From Nitrospirota bacterium (lineage in GTDB: Bacteria; Nitrospirota; UBA9217): DNA of 64,000 bases. Where the stretch lies: NCBI GenBank assembly GCA_963754875.1, contig CAVWHO010000016.1, positions 758-64,757 on the forward strand, given 5' to 3'. Below, one piece after another: positions 1 to 9,235 of the stretch. Position numbers and translations under genes: made by a program. Numbering within the stretch: position 1 is the stretch's first letter; every line of letters begins with the position of its first letter. The notes beneath the pieces are model-generated. The model searched no databases. It saw only the letters and a program-made list of their open reading frames with translations, and was not told where the DNA came from.

Positions 1-471
1 GCCGGGCCGCGGACAGGTGATCTTCCACCTCAAGGACGCCGAACTGGTCTCGCAGTTGATCGACGGCAACTTCCCCGATTACCGCGCCATCATCCCGCAG
101 AGCTTCAAGACCCACACCATCCTCTCCACCCCGGCCTTCCTCAAAGCCTGCAAACAGGCCGAGATCATCGCCCGCGAAGGCAACAACGTCATCCGCCTGA
201 ACATCCTGCCCGACGACGACGGCCCGGGCGAGGTCGAGATCACCGCCCAGACCGAAGAAACCGGCAAGAGCGATATCCAGATGGATGCCACCATCGAAGG
301 CAGCCGGCTTGGTGATCGCTTTCAACGTGCGATTCCTGCGCGAGGTGCTGGATGTGATCAACACGCCCAACGTGGCGCTGGAAACCAACGCCAACAACAC
401 GCCCGGGTGTGATCCGCCCGGTGGGCGATGACAATTTCGTGCATGTGATCATGCCCATGCACCTGGGCTAA
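1..471 (+). CDS. dnaN: DNA polymerase III beta sliding clamp, C-terminal part (5' truncated, one apparent frameshift near 300)
   Basis: SQLIDGNFPDYRAIIP motif. After a frame change it reads IAFNVRFLREVL...HVIMPMHLG*, the typical DnaN C-terminus. TAA at 469-471. Confidence 0.92.
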
Positions 472-494
472 ACCTCGCTCATCACCGAACCTCA

Positions 495-520
495 TTCCCC
501 TCTCTGCGCGAGAGGGGAAA
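495..520 (+). terminator. hairpin after dnaN
   Basis: ttcccctctc-tgcgc-gagaggggaa 10-bp inverted repeat, no clear U-tract. Confidence 0.5.
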
Positions 521-558
521 TCATATCAGGCACGATAATTATTTCTAGAAATAATTAA

Positions 559-2923
559 ATGGATTTTCTGCCCAACTCCTCCGAACGACTTGCTCAGCCT
601 CACCCTGGCGCTGGGCCAGTATCCCATCCTGGCGCCGCGCATCCGCGCGCGCATGCGCGAGGAGCTGTTTCAACGCGCGGCATCATTGACCCAGCACGAC
701 TTTGAAGCCCAGGTGCGCGACGAGGCCATCCAGACCCAGGAGCAGGAAGGGATCGACAACCCCTACGGCAGGAACCCACCGAGATCATGGGAGCTGCGCA
801 AGTCGCATCGTGCGCGACCAGCTGACCGACCTGCTCTTCAGCCAGCACCTGCCTTTCGAGCTATTGGAAACGCTTGATCAGCGAGGTGCTGAGAGAACGC
901 GGCGTTGCCTCAGCAGCGACATGCGCCTGGCGATCAACCCCGAACTGGCGCCGCTGGATCTGGTCTTCGAGCAGGCCATGACCATCGAAAGCATGCCCGA
1001 AGCCGAACGCGCGCAGCTACGAAGCCCGCCTGGAAGAATCGCAAGGTGGTGCTCATCCGCACCCTGATCAGCGACCAGCTGCGCTACATCAACATTGCCA
1101 AGGAATGGTTCACCATCGGCGACCTGGCCGAGATCCGCCGCCGCAAGATCGGCGCCGGGCGCATCGGCGGCAAGGCCGCCGGCATGCTGCTGGCGCAGCA
1201 CATCCTCAAGAACAATCGCCGAACTGAACGCAGCTGCCCTGCATCTCGCATGCCCGAATCCTACTTCATCGGCTCGGACGAGATGTACACCTTCATGTCG
1301 ATCAACAACCTGGTCCACTGGAACGACCAGAAGTACAAGACCGAAGACGAGATGCGCGCCGATTACCCGCAGATCGTGGAGGATTTTCAAGCAGGGCACT
1401 TTCCCGCCGGATATCCTGGACCAGCTGCAGACCATGCTGATCAAGATCGGCAACAAGCCGCTGATCGTGCGCTCCTCCAGCCTGCTGGAAGATAATTTCG
1501 GCACCTCTTTTGCCGGAAAATACGAGAGCATCTTCTGCCCCAACCAGGGCACGCCTGAACGAAAACCTGCACAGCCTGACCCAGCGCCATCGCGCAGATC
1601 TACGCCTCCACCCTCAACCCCAATGCGCTGCTCTACCGCCGCAGCAAGGGGCTGCAGGATTACGACGAGCGCATGGCGCATCCTGATCCAGGTGGTGGAG
1701 GGCGAACGCTTCGGCGACTATCTCCTGCCGCACGCCGCCGGGGTGGCCTTCAGCCGCAACCTGTACCGCTGGGCGCCGCAGATCCGCGCGCGAGGACGGC
1801 TTTGTGCGCCTGGTGTGGGGGCTGGGCACGCGCGCCGTCGACCGGGTGGGCAACGATTACCCGCGCCTGGTCGCGCTCAGCCACCCCCTGCTGCGCCCCA
1901 TCCAACGACCCCAAATCCATCCGGCGCTATTCGCAGCAGTACGTCGACCTGATCGACCTGGAAGACAACACCTTCAAGACCCTGCCGGTGCACGATGTGC
2001 TCGACTGCGCGATTACCCGCCGCTGCGCTACCTGGCCCAGGTGGACGAGGACGGCTACTTTCGAATCGCATGCGCACGCACCGTGATGCAGGCGACCCGC
2101 GCAACCTGGTGCTGACCTTCGACGAACTGCTGCGGCGCACCCCCTTTGCCGAGCGCATGCGCGAGATCCTGCACATCGCTGGAGCAGGCTACCACTCGCC
2201 GGTGGATGTGGAATTCACCCTGCAGCATCGACGAACACGGAGAGCAGCCAGCCCGCAGCTGTGCATCACCATCTTGCAGTGCCGCCCGCAGAGCCACTGC
2301 TGGCAGACCGAGGTGGCCACGCCTGCCCGCCGACCTGCCGACCGAGGACATCATCTTCTCCACGCGACTTTATGGTGCCCGCAGGGCATGATCCGGACGA
2401 GGTGGATTATGTGCTGTACGTGCCGCCCGAGGGCTATTTCGCCCTGCCGACCAATGAACGACCGCGTCCGAGCTGGCGCGCGCCATCGGCAGGCTGAACG
2501 CCGCGCTGAAGGGCGAGCGCTTCATCTGCGTCGGGCCCGGGCGCTGGGGCAGCTCCAACTCCGACCTGGGCGTGCCGATCGATTACGGCGATATTTACAA
2601 CACCCGCGCGCTGGTGGAGCTGGCCGGGCGAGGGCATTGGCGCTGCCGCCCGAGCCTTCGCTGGGCACGCATTTCTTCCAGGACCTGCTGGAAGCGCAGA
2701 TCTACCCGCTGGCGCTGCAGCTGGACGACCCAAGGACTGTGTTCCAGAAGGAGTGCTGGAAGCCGCGCCCAACCACCTGCGCGAGCTGCTGCCCGGCGCG
2801 GAGGAGATGGAGGGCTGCCTGCGGGTCGTGAAAGCGGAAGAACTAGCCCCAGGACAGGGGTTGTTCCTGGTGATGAACGAGGAGATCGGCAAAGCCATCG
2901 CCTGGTTCCAGAAACGAAAATAA
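559..2923 (+). CDS. PEP/pyruvate-binding (PPDK_N-like ATP-grasp) domain protein; many apparent frameshifts
   Basis: Segments in several frames: IGAGRIGGKAAGMLLA, PLIVRSSSLLEDNFGTSFAGKYES, RLVWGLGTRAVDRVGNDYPRLVAL, PVDVEF, GPGRWGSSN, SLGTHFFQDL. ATG 559, TAA 2921-2923. Confidence 0.8.
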
Positions 2924-2925
2924 AA

Positions 2926-2952
2926 CTTCCCGGCGGAGTGTCCACCGGGAAG
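2926..2952. terminator. hairpin between convergent genes
   Basis: cttcccgg...ccgggaag inverted repeat. Confidence 0.5.
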
Positions 2953-2991
2953 CAACTTAAATTGAATTGAAAGACAAGGCGGGGAAAACGG

Positions 2992-3966
2992 CTACTTTTT
3001 CTCTTCCGGTTCATCCCCGGGTTCTACATCCGCTTCGTCCTCGACTTCATCCTCTTCGTCGTCAAGGTCTTCATCGTCCTCGTCGTCATCTTCTTCGTCG
3101 TCTTCGTCATCCTCATCTTCATCTTCAACGTCGCCAAGTTCCGCGATCTCCGCCTCGATTTCCTTCTCTTCCTTGATAAAGCGGTAGATCAGGTAGACGT
3201 TGAGCAGCAGGAAGAGCGCCAGGATGCCCTGCACCGCCCAGTACGACCAGCCGATCTGGCCGAGGAAGACTGCCAGCGCGTCAACGATGGTATGGTAGAG
3301 AATGGCGACCAGGAACCAGACAAAGGAGCGGTCGGCAACCGATTTCCAGACCATAATGGAAAGCAGGATCTGGGTGCTCATGGCGATGATGCGCTCCACC
3401 CCGGGCAGCAGCCCGAGATGCCAGGGGGAACTCCAGAAGCCCTGGATCTGGGAGAGCATATAGGAGACCTGGTCACTGGAAACACCCTTGGCGATCTGTC
3501 CGCCGGCGTTGTAGAAGAGCACGGTGATCATGGTCAGGATCAGCCCGCCGTAGATGGGCCAGTAGGGGAAACTGGCGATGAGGATACTCTCGATGCCCCC
3601 GTGCCCCGCGCCGAGCGCCAGGGCGGAGCCAAATTTCTTGCGTTTCCTGCCCAGCACGGTGAAACCGATCCAGCGCATGCTTTCCTCGAAGAAACCGGTG
3701 CCCAGACCGACAATGAGGGCAACCACAACCGGGGTCCACTGCTGGGACGGCATCGGCAGGGTGCCGGCGTTGAACAGGTCAAACACCTTGCTGCGCACGA
3801 AGGAGTTGAGCACCGCCGCCACCGCGAAAGTCGCCACGCCAGCCAGCACGACCAGCCAGGAGACGCGATAACGCTTGACAAAGAAGATTGCCAGGAAGAT
3901 CGGCAGCCCGATCATCACCAGGATGGAAAGGAGATAAGTTAGAAGCAGGGGGACACTGATGGTCAT
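2992..3966 (-). CDS. YhfC-family glutamic-type intramembrane protease with long acidic C-terminal tail
   Basis: Multiple TM helices; GFFEESMR, GAGHGGIES, GVERIIA, AILYHTIVD motifs; about 55-aa D/E-rich tail. Confidence 0.85.
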   Translation of the reverse strand: MTISVPLLLTYLLSILVMIGLPIFLAIFFVKRYRVSWLVVLAGVATFAVAAVLNSFVRSKVFDLFNAGTLPMPSQQWTPVVVALIVGLGTGFFEESMRWIGFTVLGRKRKKFGSALALGAGHGGIESILIASFPYWPIYGGLILTMITVLFYNAGGQIAKGVSSDQVSYMLSQIQGFWSSPWHLGLLPGVERIIAMSTQILLSIMVWKSVADRSFVWFLVAILYHTIVDALAVFLGQIGWSYWAVQGILALFLLLNVYLIYRFIKEEKEIEAEIAELGDVEDEDEDDEDDEEDDDEDDEDLDDEEDEVEDEADVEPGDEPEEKK

Positions 3967-4068
3967 TAGATTCACCCGGTCTCGGATTTCCGCGGGATTT
4001 GACTACCGCGGAAGAGAACGAACCAAGTATATGCTTTTTTGATAAAACCCGCTACCCTCAGAAATAAC

Positions 4069-4084
4069 TGTTTCACGTGAAACA
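4069..4084. promoter_or_regulatory. parS centromere site
   Basis: Perfect palindrome TGTTTCACGTGAAACA, the bacterial parS consensus; near dnaN. Confidence 0.9.
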
Positions 4085-4086
4085 AT

Positions 4087-4920
4087 TCAGATTCCAGAAG
4101 CCAGTAGTTTTTCGCGGTTGAAGCTGCGGATGGCAAGCCGGATGAGAACCAGGTCCACCAACCAGAAGCCGGTGCCCAACAGCAGCCCGACGATCGGGCT
4201 CAGGTACAAGCACCCCGGTCATTTGCCCGGCGAGCAAGGCGAGTACCAGCAGCACCAGCGAAGCGCTGGATTGATAAGCGCCCATGAAGGTCTGCGCTTT
4301 GGCGCGAGATGAGCACGGTCGCGGTGATGCCCAGGAGGGCGATCGCCGGCGCGACCCAGAAGATGAGCGGGTACCAGTTGACCAGCGGAAACCAGATACG
4401 CTGCATCAGCGGCCAGGAGACCGCGTTGAGCACAACACTGTAGGCGAGGAAACTGCCGACCGTGATGACCACGGCGGGGATGAAGGCGGCTAGGGTCTTG
4501 CCCAGGAACAGCTCCAAATCGGTGGCGGGGGTGTAAAGCAGCGCTTCGATGGTCTTGCGTTCCCGTTCCCCGGCAAAGGACTCCGCGGCGATGACCGTGG
4601 CGTACATCAGCGGCATGATCAGGAAGAAAGGTGCGAAGAAATATCCCAACATCATGACGACGGTGGCTCTGTGCGCCGTTCAACCCGGCGATGCTTTGCA
4701 GCATGGCGGCGGGCATCTTCTCCAGGAAGGTGGCCAGGTCGGGGTCGTTGATCAGGCTTTGCGCCGCGTCCCTGCCTGCGGAGATGGCGAGCACCATGGC
4801 GACCGGGAGGATGACCACGAAAATAAGCGGCACGATCAGGATGGGCAGCCAGACCGCCTTGTTCTGGCGCGCCTCCTGGATGTCCTTTTTTGCGATGGTG
4901 ATTACAGTGTTCCAGTTCAT
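4087..4920 (-). CDS. ABC-2 type transporter permease (frameshifted)
   Basis: [13 protein letters not shown]...; AAESFAGERERKTIEALLYTP...ELFLGK motif; ends FNREKLLASGI*. Confidence 0.85.
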
Positions 4921-5862
4921 TGTGCCTTCTCCCTTGCTTCCGCCTGCAGGCTGAAGTAAATCTCTTCCAGCGAACGCTTGACCGGCGTTACGCTGGTAAT
5001 CTGCGCCTTTGCATTCACCAGGTTCGTCACCAGCTACCGGGATGACGGACTCTGCTTCCACTTCCACACGCAAGCGCTTCTCGAGTGACTCAACATTCAG
5101 TACACCGGGCAAACGCTTCAGGTTGCCGGGTTCTTCGACTGGCTGGAGCAAGTCCACCTCGACCCACAGGTGCGGGTTCATGCGGCGGTCGAGTTCCTCC
5201 AGGCTGCCCAGCGCCATGAGGCGCCCGGAGCTGAGAATGGCCAGCCGGTCCGCCAAACGCTCGGCCTCTTCGAGGTGATGGGTGCAGAGGAAGACCGTGA
5301 CGCCCGTCCTCGCGGCGGATGGATTCGATCATCTCATGCACCTGCTGCGTGGATTCCGGGTCAAGGCTGGAGGTGGGTTCATCCAGAAAGAGGACAGCGG
5401 GCAGGGTGAGGAAGGCCCGGGCAAGCGCCAGGCGCTGCTTCATGCCTTTGCTGAAGGTCTGCACACGATCGGCTGCACGCGCGGAAAGTCCGAATTTTTC
5501 AAGAAATTCCGTCGGTTCTTTTTAACACAAGCGATTCTGGCAGCCCGTAACAGCGCCCGAAGAAATGCAGGTTCTCCCTGGCGGTCAGGCGTTCATACAG
5601 CGCGTTGGTCTCGGTCAGCACGCCCGTGCTGCGGCGCACCTGCTGGTCCGTGCGTCTGCGGGTCGAGGTCCAGCACGCGCACGCTGCCCGCGCTGGGATG
5701 ATACAGCCCGTTGAGCACGCGGATGGTGGTGGTCTTCCCCGCGCCATTGGGACCAAGCAGGGCGAAGACCTCGCCCTTTTCCACGTTAAAGGTCAGGTCG
5801 TCAATGGCGGTACGATCTCCAAAGCGGTGGGTGAGATGGTTGACTGTGATGCTGTTGCTCAT
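4917..5862 (-). CDS. ABC transporter ATP-binding protein (frameshifted)
   Basis: Walker [10 protein letters not shown], signature FSKGMKQR, Walker B LFLDEPT; ATGA overlap with the permease. Confidence 0.9.
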
Positions 5863-5873
5863 TTTTCTCCTAT

Positions 5874-5889
5874 TGTTTCACGTGAAACA
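5874..5889. promoter_or_regulatory. parS centromere site
   Basis: Second perfect TGTTTCACGTGAAACA. Confidence 0.9.
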
Positions 5890-5980
5890 TTCTTTTTGAA
5901 TGCGATGAGTGTATATCCAAGGTTCAGGGGTCTGCGAAATCAAAGAGCGGGTTTCACAGACCCCTGTTTGCCGATTAGCC

Positions 5981-6958
5981 TTACTCGTCTTTTCGTGCTT
6001 GCTGCGCCAGGGCAGTGATCCCGGACATCCCGCCCAGGTTCATGGTATCCACTGCGCTTGACGGCACGATCACCAGGGCGCCTTTGTCCTTGAGTCCTTC
6101 GAAGAGCATGTTCATGGCGCGCAGATGCAGGGCGGTTGGATTATCGACATAGGCTTTGGAGGCTTCGGCAAAACTGGCGGCGATCTGCATTTCGGATTCG
6201 CCCAGGATGACACGCGCCTGGCGTTCGCGTTCGGCCTGCGCCTGGCGGCTCATGGCGTCTTCCAGGTCGGCCGGGATGATCACATCGCGGATCTCCACGG
6301 ACTGCACGGTGATGCCCCAGGGGGTGGTGCGCTCGTCGATGATCTTCTGCAGTTCCGCGTCCATCTTGGCGCGCCCCACCAGGATGTCCGCCAGGGTCAT
6401 TTGACCGATGATCTCGCGCAGGGCGGTCTGCGAAGCCCAGGCGATGGCGTTGCGGTAGTTCTCCACTTCGAGCGCGGCTTTCTCGGCATCCCACACCACC
6501 CAGAACAGCACGGCGTCCACATTGACCGGCACGGTATCGCGGGTGAGTGTCTTCTCAGCGGAGAACGGCGTGACCATCACGCGCTGGTCGATCCAGTTGG
6601 TGATCGAATCGAGGATGGGGATGATCCAGAACAGGCCGGGACCCTTCAAGCCGCGAAACTTGCCCATGCGCAGGACGACTGCCTTTTCCCATTGGCGCGC
6701 CATCTTGATGGCAAAGAGCAGCAGGAATGCCACAACCATGACCGGACCCACTATCATCAGAATCTGTTCGTCCGGTACGCCGCGCGTGTCCATAACAGCA
6801 GCGGCGATGACCGCTGCTGTCATCAACAGGATGAAGATGGTCAGGGCAACAGGGCTCATATGCACATCCTGTTTCTTTGTCTCCCGTTTGGCTTTTCCGA
6901 AAGTATCCTGGGTGCTCAACTCATTTGTGTCCAACTGATTGCTGTTATTCGTTCTCAT
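5981..6958 (-). CDS. SPFH/band-7 (slipin/stomatin-like) membrane protein
   Basis: AVVLRMGK...GPGLFWIIP, TRDTVPVNVDAV, WGITVQSVEIRD, AMSRQAQAERERQA. Confidence 0.92.
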   Translation of the reverse strand: MRTNNSNQLDTNELSTQDTFGKAKRETKKQDVHMSPVALTIFILLMTAAVIAAAVMDTRGVPDEQILMIVGPVMVVAFLLLFAIKMARQWEKAVVLRMGKFRGLKGPGLFWIIPILDSITNWIDQRVMVTPFSAEKTLTRDTVPVNVDAVLFWVVWDAEKAALEVENYRNAIAWASQTALREIIGQMTLADILVGRAKMDAELQKIIDERTTPWGITVQSVEIRDVIIPADLEDAMSRQAQAERERQARVILGESEMQIAASFAEASKAYVDNPTALHLRAMNMLFEGLKDKGALVIVPSSAVDTMNLGGMSGITALAQQARKDE

Positions 6959-7200
6959 TCTTCCTCTCTTTTATGGTCATCATTTGATAATATATTTTTG
7001 CTGGCTGTTTGAATGGTGAAAGTCAGGGTGTCAAGTATCTCTTCAGGGTGGTACCCCTGTTTGAACAAAGCGGCGACGAATTGCTCCATCTGAGTTTGCA
7101 AGTTGATTGCACGCTTGCCCGCCTGCCGTTCCTCGCTCCAGGGTTCAATGATGTAAGTGCCACGTCCCTGTTGGGTGGAGATCAAGCCGGCTTCGTCGAC
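6955..7200 (-). CDS. GntR (YtrA-like) regulator, C-terminal part only; N-terminal HTH lost at the junction
   Basis: EAGLISTQQGRGTYI wing motif plus short helical C-domain. Similarity stops at about 7200. Confidence 0.7.
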   Translation of the reverse strand, partial: VDEAGLISTQQGRGTYIIEPWSEERQAGKRAINLQTQMEQFVAALFKQGYHPEEILDTLTFTIQTASKNILSNDDHKREEE

Positions 7201-8579
7201 GCTGTAGGGGCCTTCATGATACTTGCCGGCGTTTTGGCGGCAGCGGCCATTGCCAGAAGTCTCACGGAACCGATCCAACCTTGCAGCGGGGAACGGAAAT
7301 AATCGGCAGCGGCAATTTTGATTACAAAGTGGGGACAGTCGCAAAGGATGAAGTGGGACAACTTTCGAGACTCATCGATTCCATGACGGAAAATTTAAAA
7401 AGGTGACGGCGTCACGGGATGAGCTGAACGAAGAGATTGCCGAGCGAAAAGAGGCGGAGGAAGGCCTGCGGGAAAGCGAGGCGCGGTTCCGCCTCATGGT
7501 AAAGAGCGTGCAAGACTACGCGATTGTCATGCTCGACGCAGAAGGGAATGTAGTCAAATCGGAACGAGGGAGCGGTACGAATAAAGGGCTATGCACCGGA
7601 AGAAATAATCGGTAAGCATTTTTCGTGCTTCTACACCGAGGAAGATAACCTCAGCGGAAAACCCGCCCGCGAACTTAACGAGGCAGCCGCCAAGGGGAGC
7701 TTTGAAGATGAGGGTGTCAGGGTCCGAAAGGACGGATCACGATTTTTTGCCAATGTGGTAATTACGGCATTAAAGGACGACGCCGGGAATCTGAAGGGTT
7801 TCTCGAAGGTCACGCGCGATATTACCGAGCGCAAGCAGGCGGAGGAGGAAATCCAAAAGCTCAACAGGGAGCTCGAGGCGCGCGTGATCGAACGCACGGC
7901 CGAGCTCGAGAGCACCAACAAGGAACTGGAGGCCTTCGCGTATTCGGTGTCCCACGATCTCCGCTCGCCGCTCCGGAGCATCGAGGGTTTCAGCCTTGCC
8001 CTTCTCGAAGATTACGCGGACAAGCTGGACGACACGGGCAAAAGCTACCTTGACCGCGTCCGGAATGCCACCGTGCGGATGGGGCACCTCATCGACGATC
8101 TCCTCAAACTGTCCCGCGTCACCCGCAGCGAAATGAACCGCGAACGTGTCGACCTGAGCGTCATCGGGAAGGACGTTGCGGGAAGGCTCGCGCAAAGCCA
8201 CCCCGAACGGTCCGCGGAATTCGTCATTGCCGACGGCCTTACCGCATACGGTGACGCCCGTCTCCTGACCGTGGCGCTTGAGAACCTGTTCTCCAATGCG
8301 TGGAAATTTAGTGAAAAAGCCTCCCGGAGTGTGATAGAATTCGGGGTCACCCACAGGGAGAATGCCGAAGTATTCTATGTGAAGGACAACGGCGTGGGGT
8401 TCGACATGACCTATGCGGGCAAGCTGTTCAGCCCCTTCCAGCGGCTGCACAAGATCGAGGAATTTCCCGGCACCGGCATCGGCCTTGCCACGGTCAAGCG
8501 CATTATCAACCGCCACGGCGGCCAGGTGTGGATCGAAAGCGAAGTGAACAAGGGGACGACGGTGTATTTTACGTTATAA
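7201..8579 (+). CDS. sensor histidine kinase TM-HAMP-PAS-HisKA-HATPase (5' truncated, frameshifted)
   Basis: TM VGAFMILAGVLAAAAIARSLTEPI; HAMP ..GNFDYKVGTVAKDEVGQLS; PAS; H-box FAYSVSHDLRSPLR; DNGVGF, GTGIGLA. Confidence 0.88.
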
Positions 8580-8703
8580 AACGGCTTCGGGTCAACCTCA
8601 ATAACCTTTTTTCGTTACTCCGGCTTGTGCGGAATAACATCTGAGGGGAAAAGCCAGAGACTGGAATTCGCAACTGAACTGTTACTCAGGAGGAAAATAT
8701 ATA

Positions 8704-9135
8704 ATGAACACCAAAGTCATTCTGTTAGTCGAGGACAATCCCGATGACGTGCAGCTCACGCTCCGGGCGCTTAAAAAAAGCAAGATCATGAACGAGGTGG
8801 TCGTGGCCCAGGACGGCGTCGAGGCGCTGGACTACCTGTTCGGCACCGGCAAATATGCGGGACGCGACACGAAGATCCTGCCCCAGGTGGTCCTGCTGGA
8901 CCTCAAGATGCCCAGGATGGACGGGCTTGAGGCGCTTCAGCGCATCCGCAAGGACGAAAGGACGAAGCTCCTGCCCGTCGTTGTTCTGACCACGTCGAGC
9001 GAGGACAGGGACCGCGTCGAAAGCTACAAGCTCGGCGCGAACAGCTACGTCCGAAAACCCGTGGACTTCAACCAGTTCGCCGAAGCCGTAAACCAGCTGG
9101 GGCTGTACTGGCTGGTGTTGAATGAAACGCCGTGA
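8704..9135 (+). CDS. single-domain response regulator (Rcp1-like)
   Basis: [33 protein letters not shown]; SD aggagg upstream. Confidence 0.93.
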   Translation: MNTKVILLVEDNPDDVQLTLRALKKSKIMNEVVVAQDGVEALDYLFGTGKYAGRDTKILPQVVLLDLKMPRMDGLEALQRIRKDERTKLLPVVVLTTSSEDRDRVESYKLGANSYVRKPVDFNQFAEAVNQLGLYWLVLNETP

Positions 9136-9142
9136 TGAAAAT

Positions 9143-9232
9143 AGTTCAGAGTTCACAGTTCTGAGTTCGCGAGTAAAACTTGGAACTTCATTCGAATCCG
9201 CAATTTGAACTCTGAACTTGAACTTATGAACT
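9143..9232. repeat. inverted heptamer tandem-repeat cassette (AGTTCAG / TGAACTY)
   Basis: agttcag-agttcac-agttctg-agttcgc ... tgaactc-tgaact-tgaactt-atgaact. Confidence 0.75.
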
Positions 9233-9235
9233 TTC

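Noticed and set aside
1-5862. Many frameshifts suggesting mass pseudogenisation or programmed frameshifting
   Set aside because: Essential dnaN is also hit, motifs stay intact across shifts and no slippery sites are evident; sequencing indels are the simpler explanation. The same applies to 9236-11020, 23800-25000, mgtA and the YqgE-family gene.
7195-7200. SalI site as evidence of a cloning junction
   Set aside because: GTCGAC is frequent throughout this GC-rich window, so it is not diagnostic
6955-7344. 129-aa track ORF as a complete GntR
   Set aside because: Its first 48 or so codons are the antisense of the kinase TM-HAMP region beyond the junction
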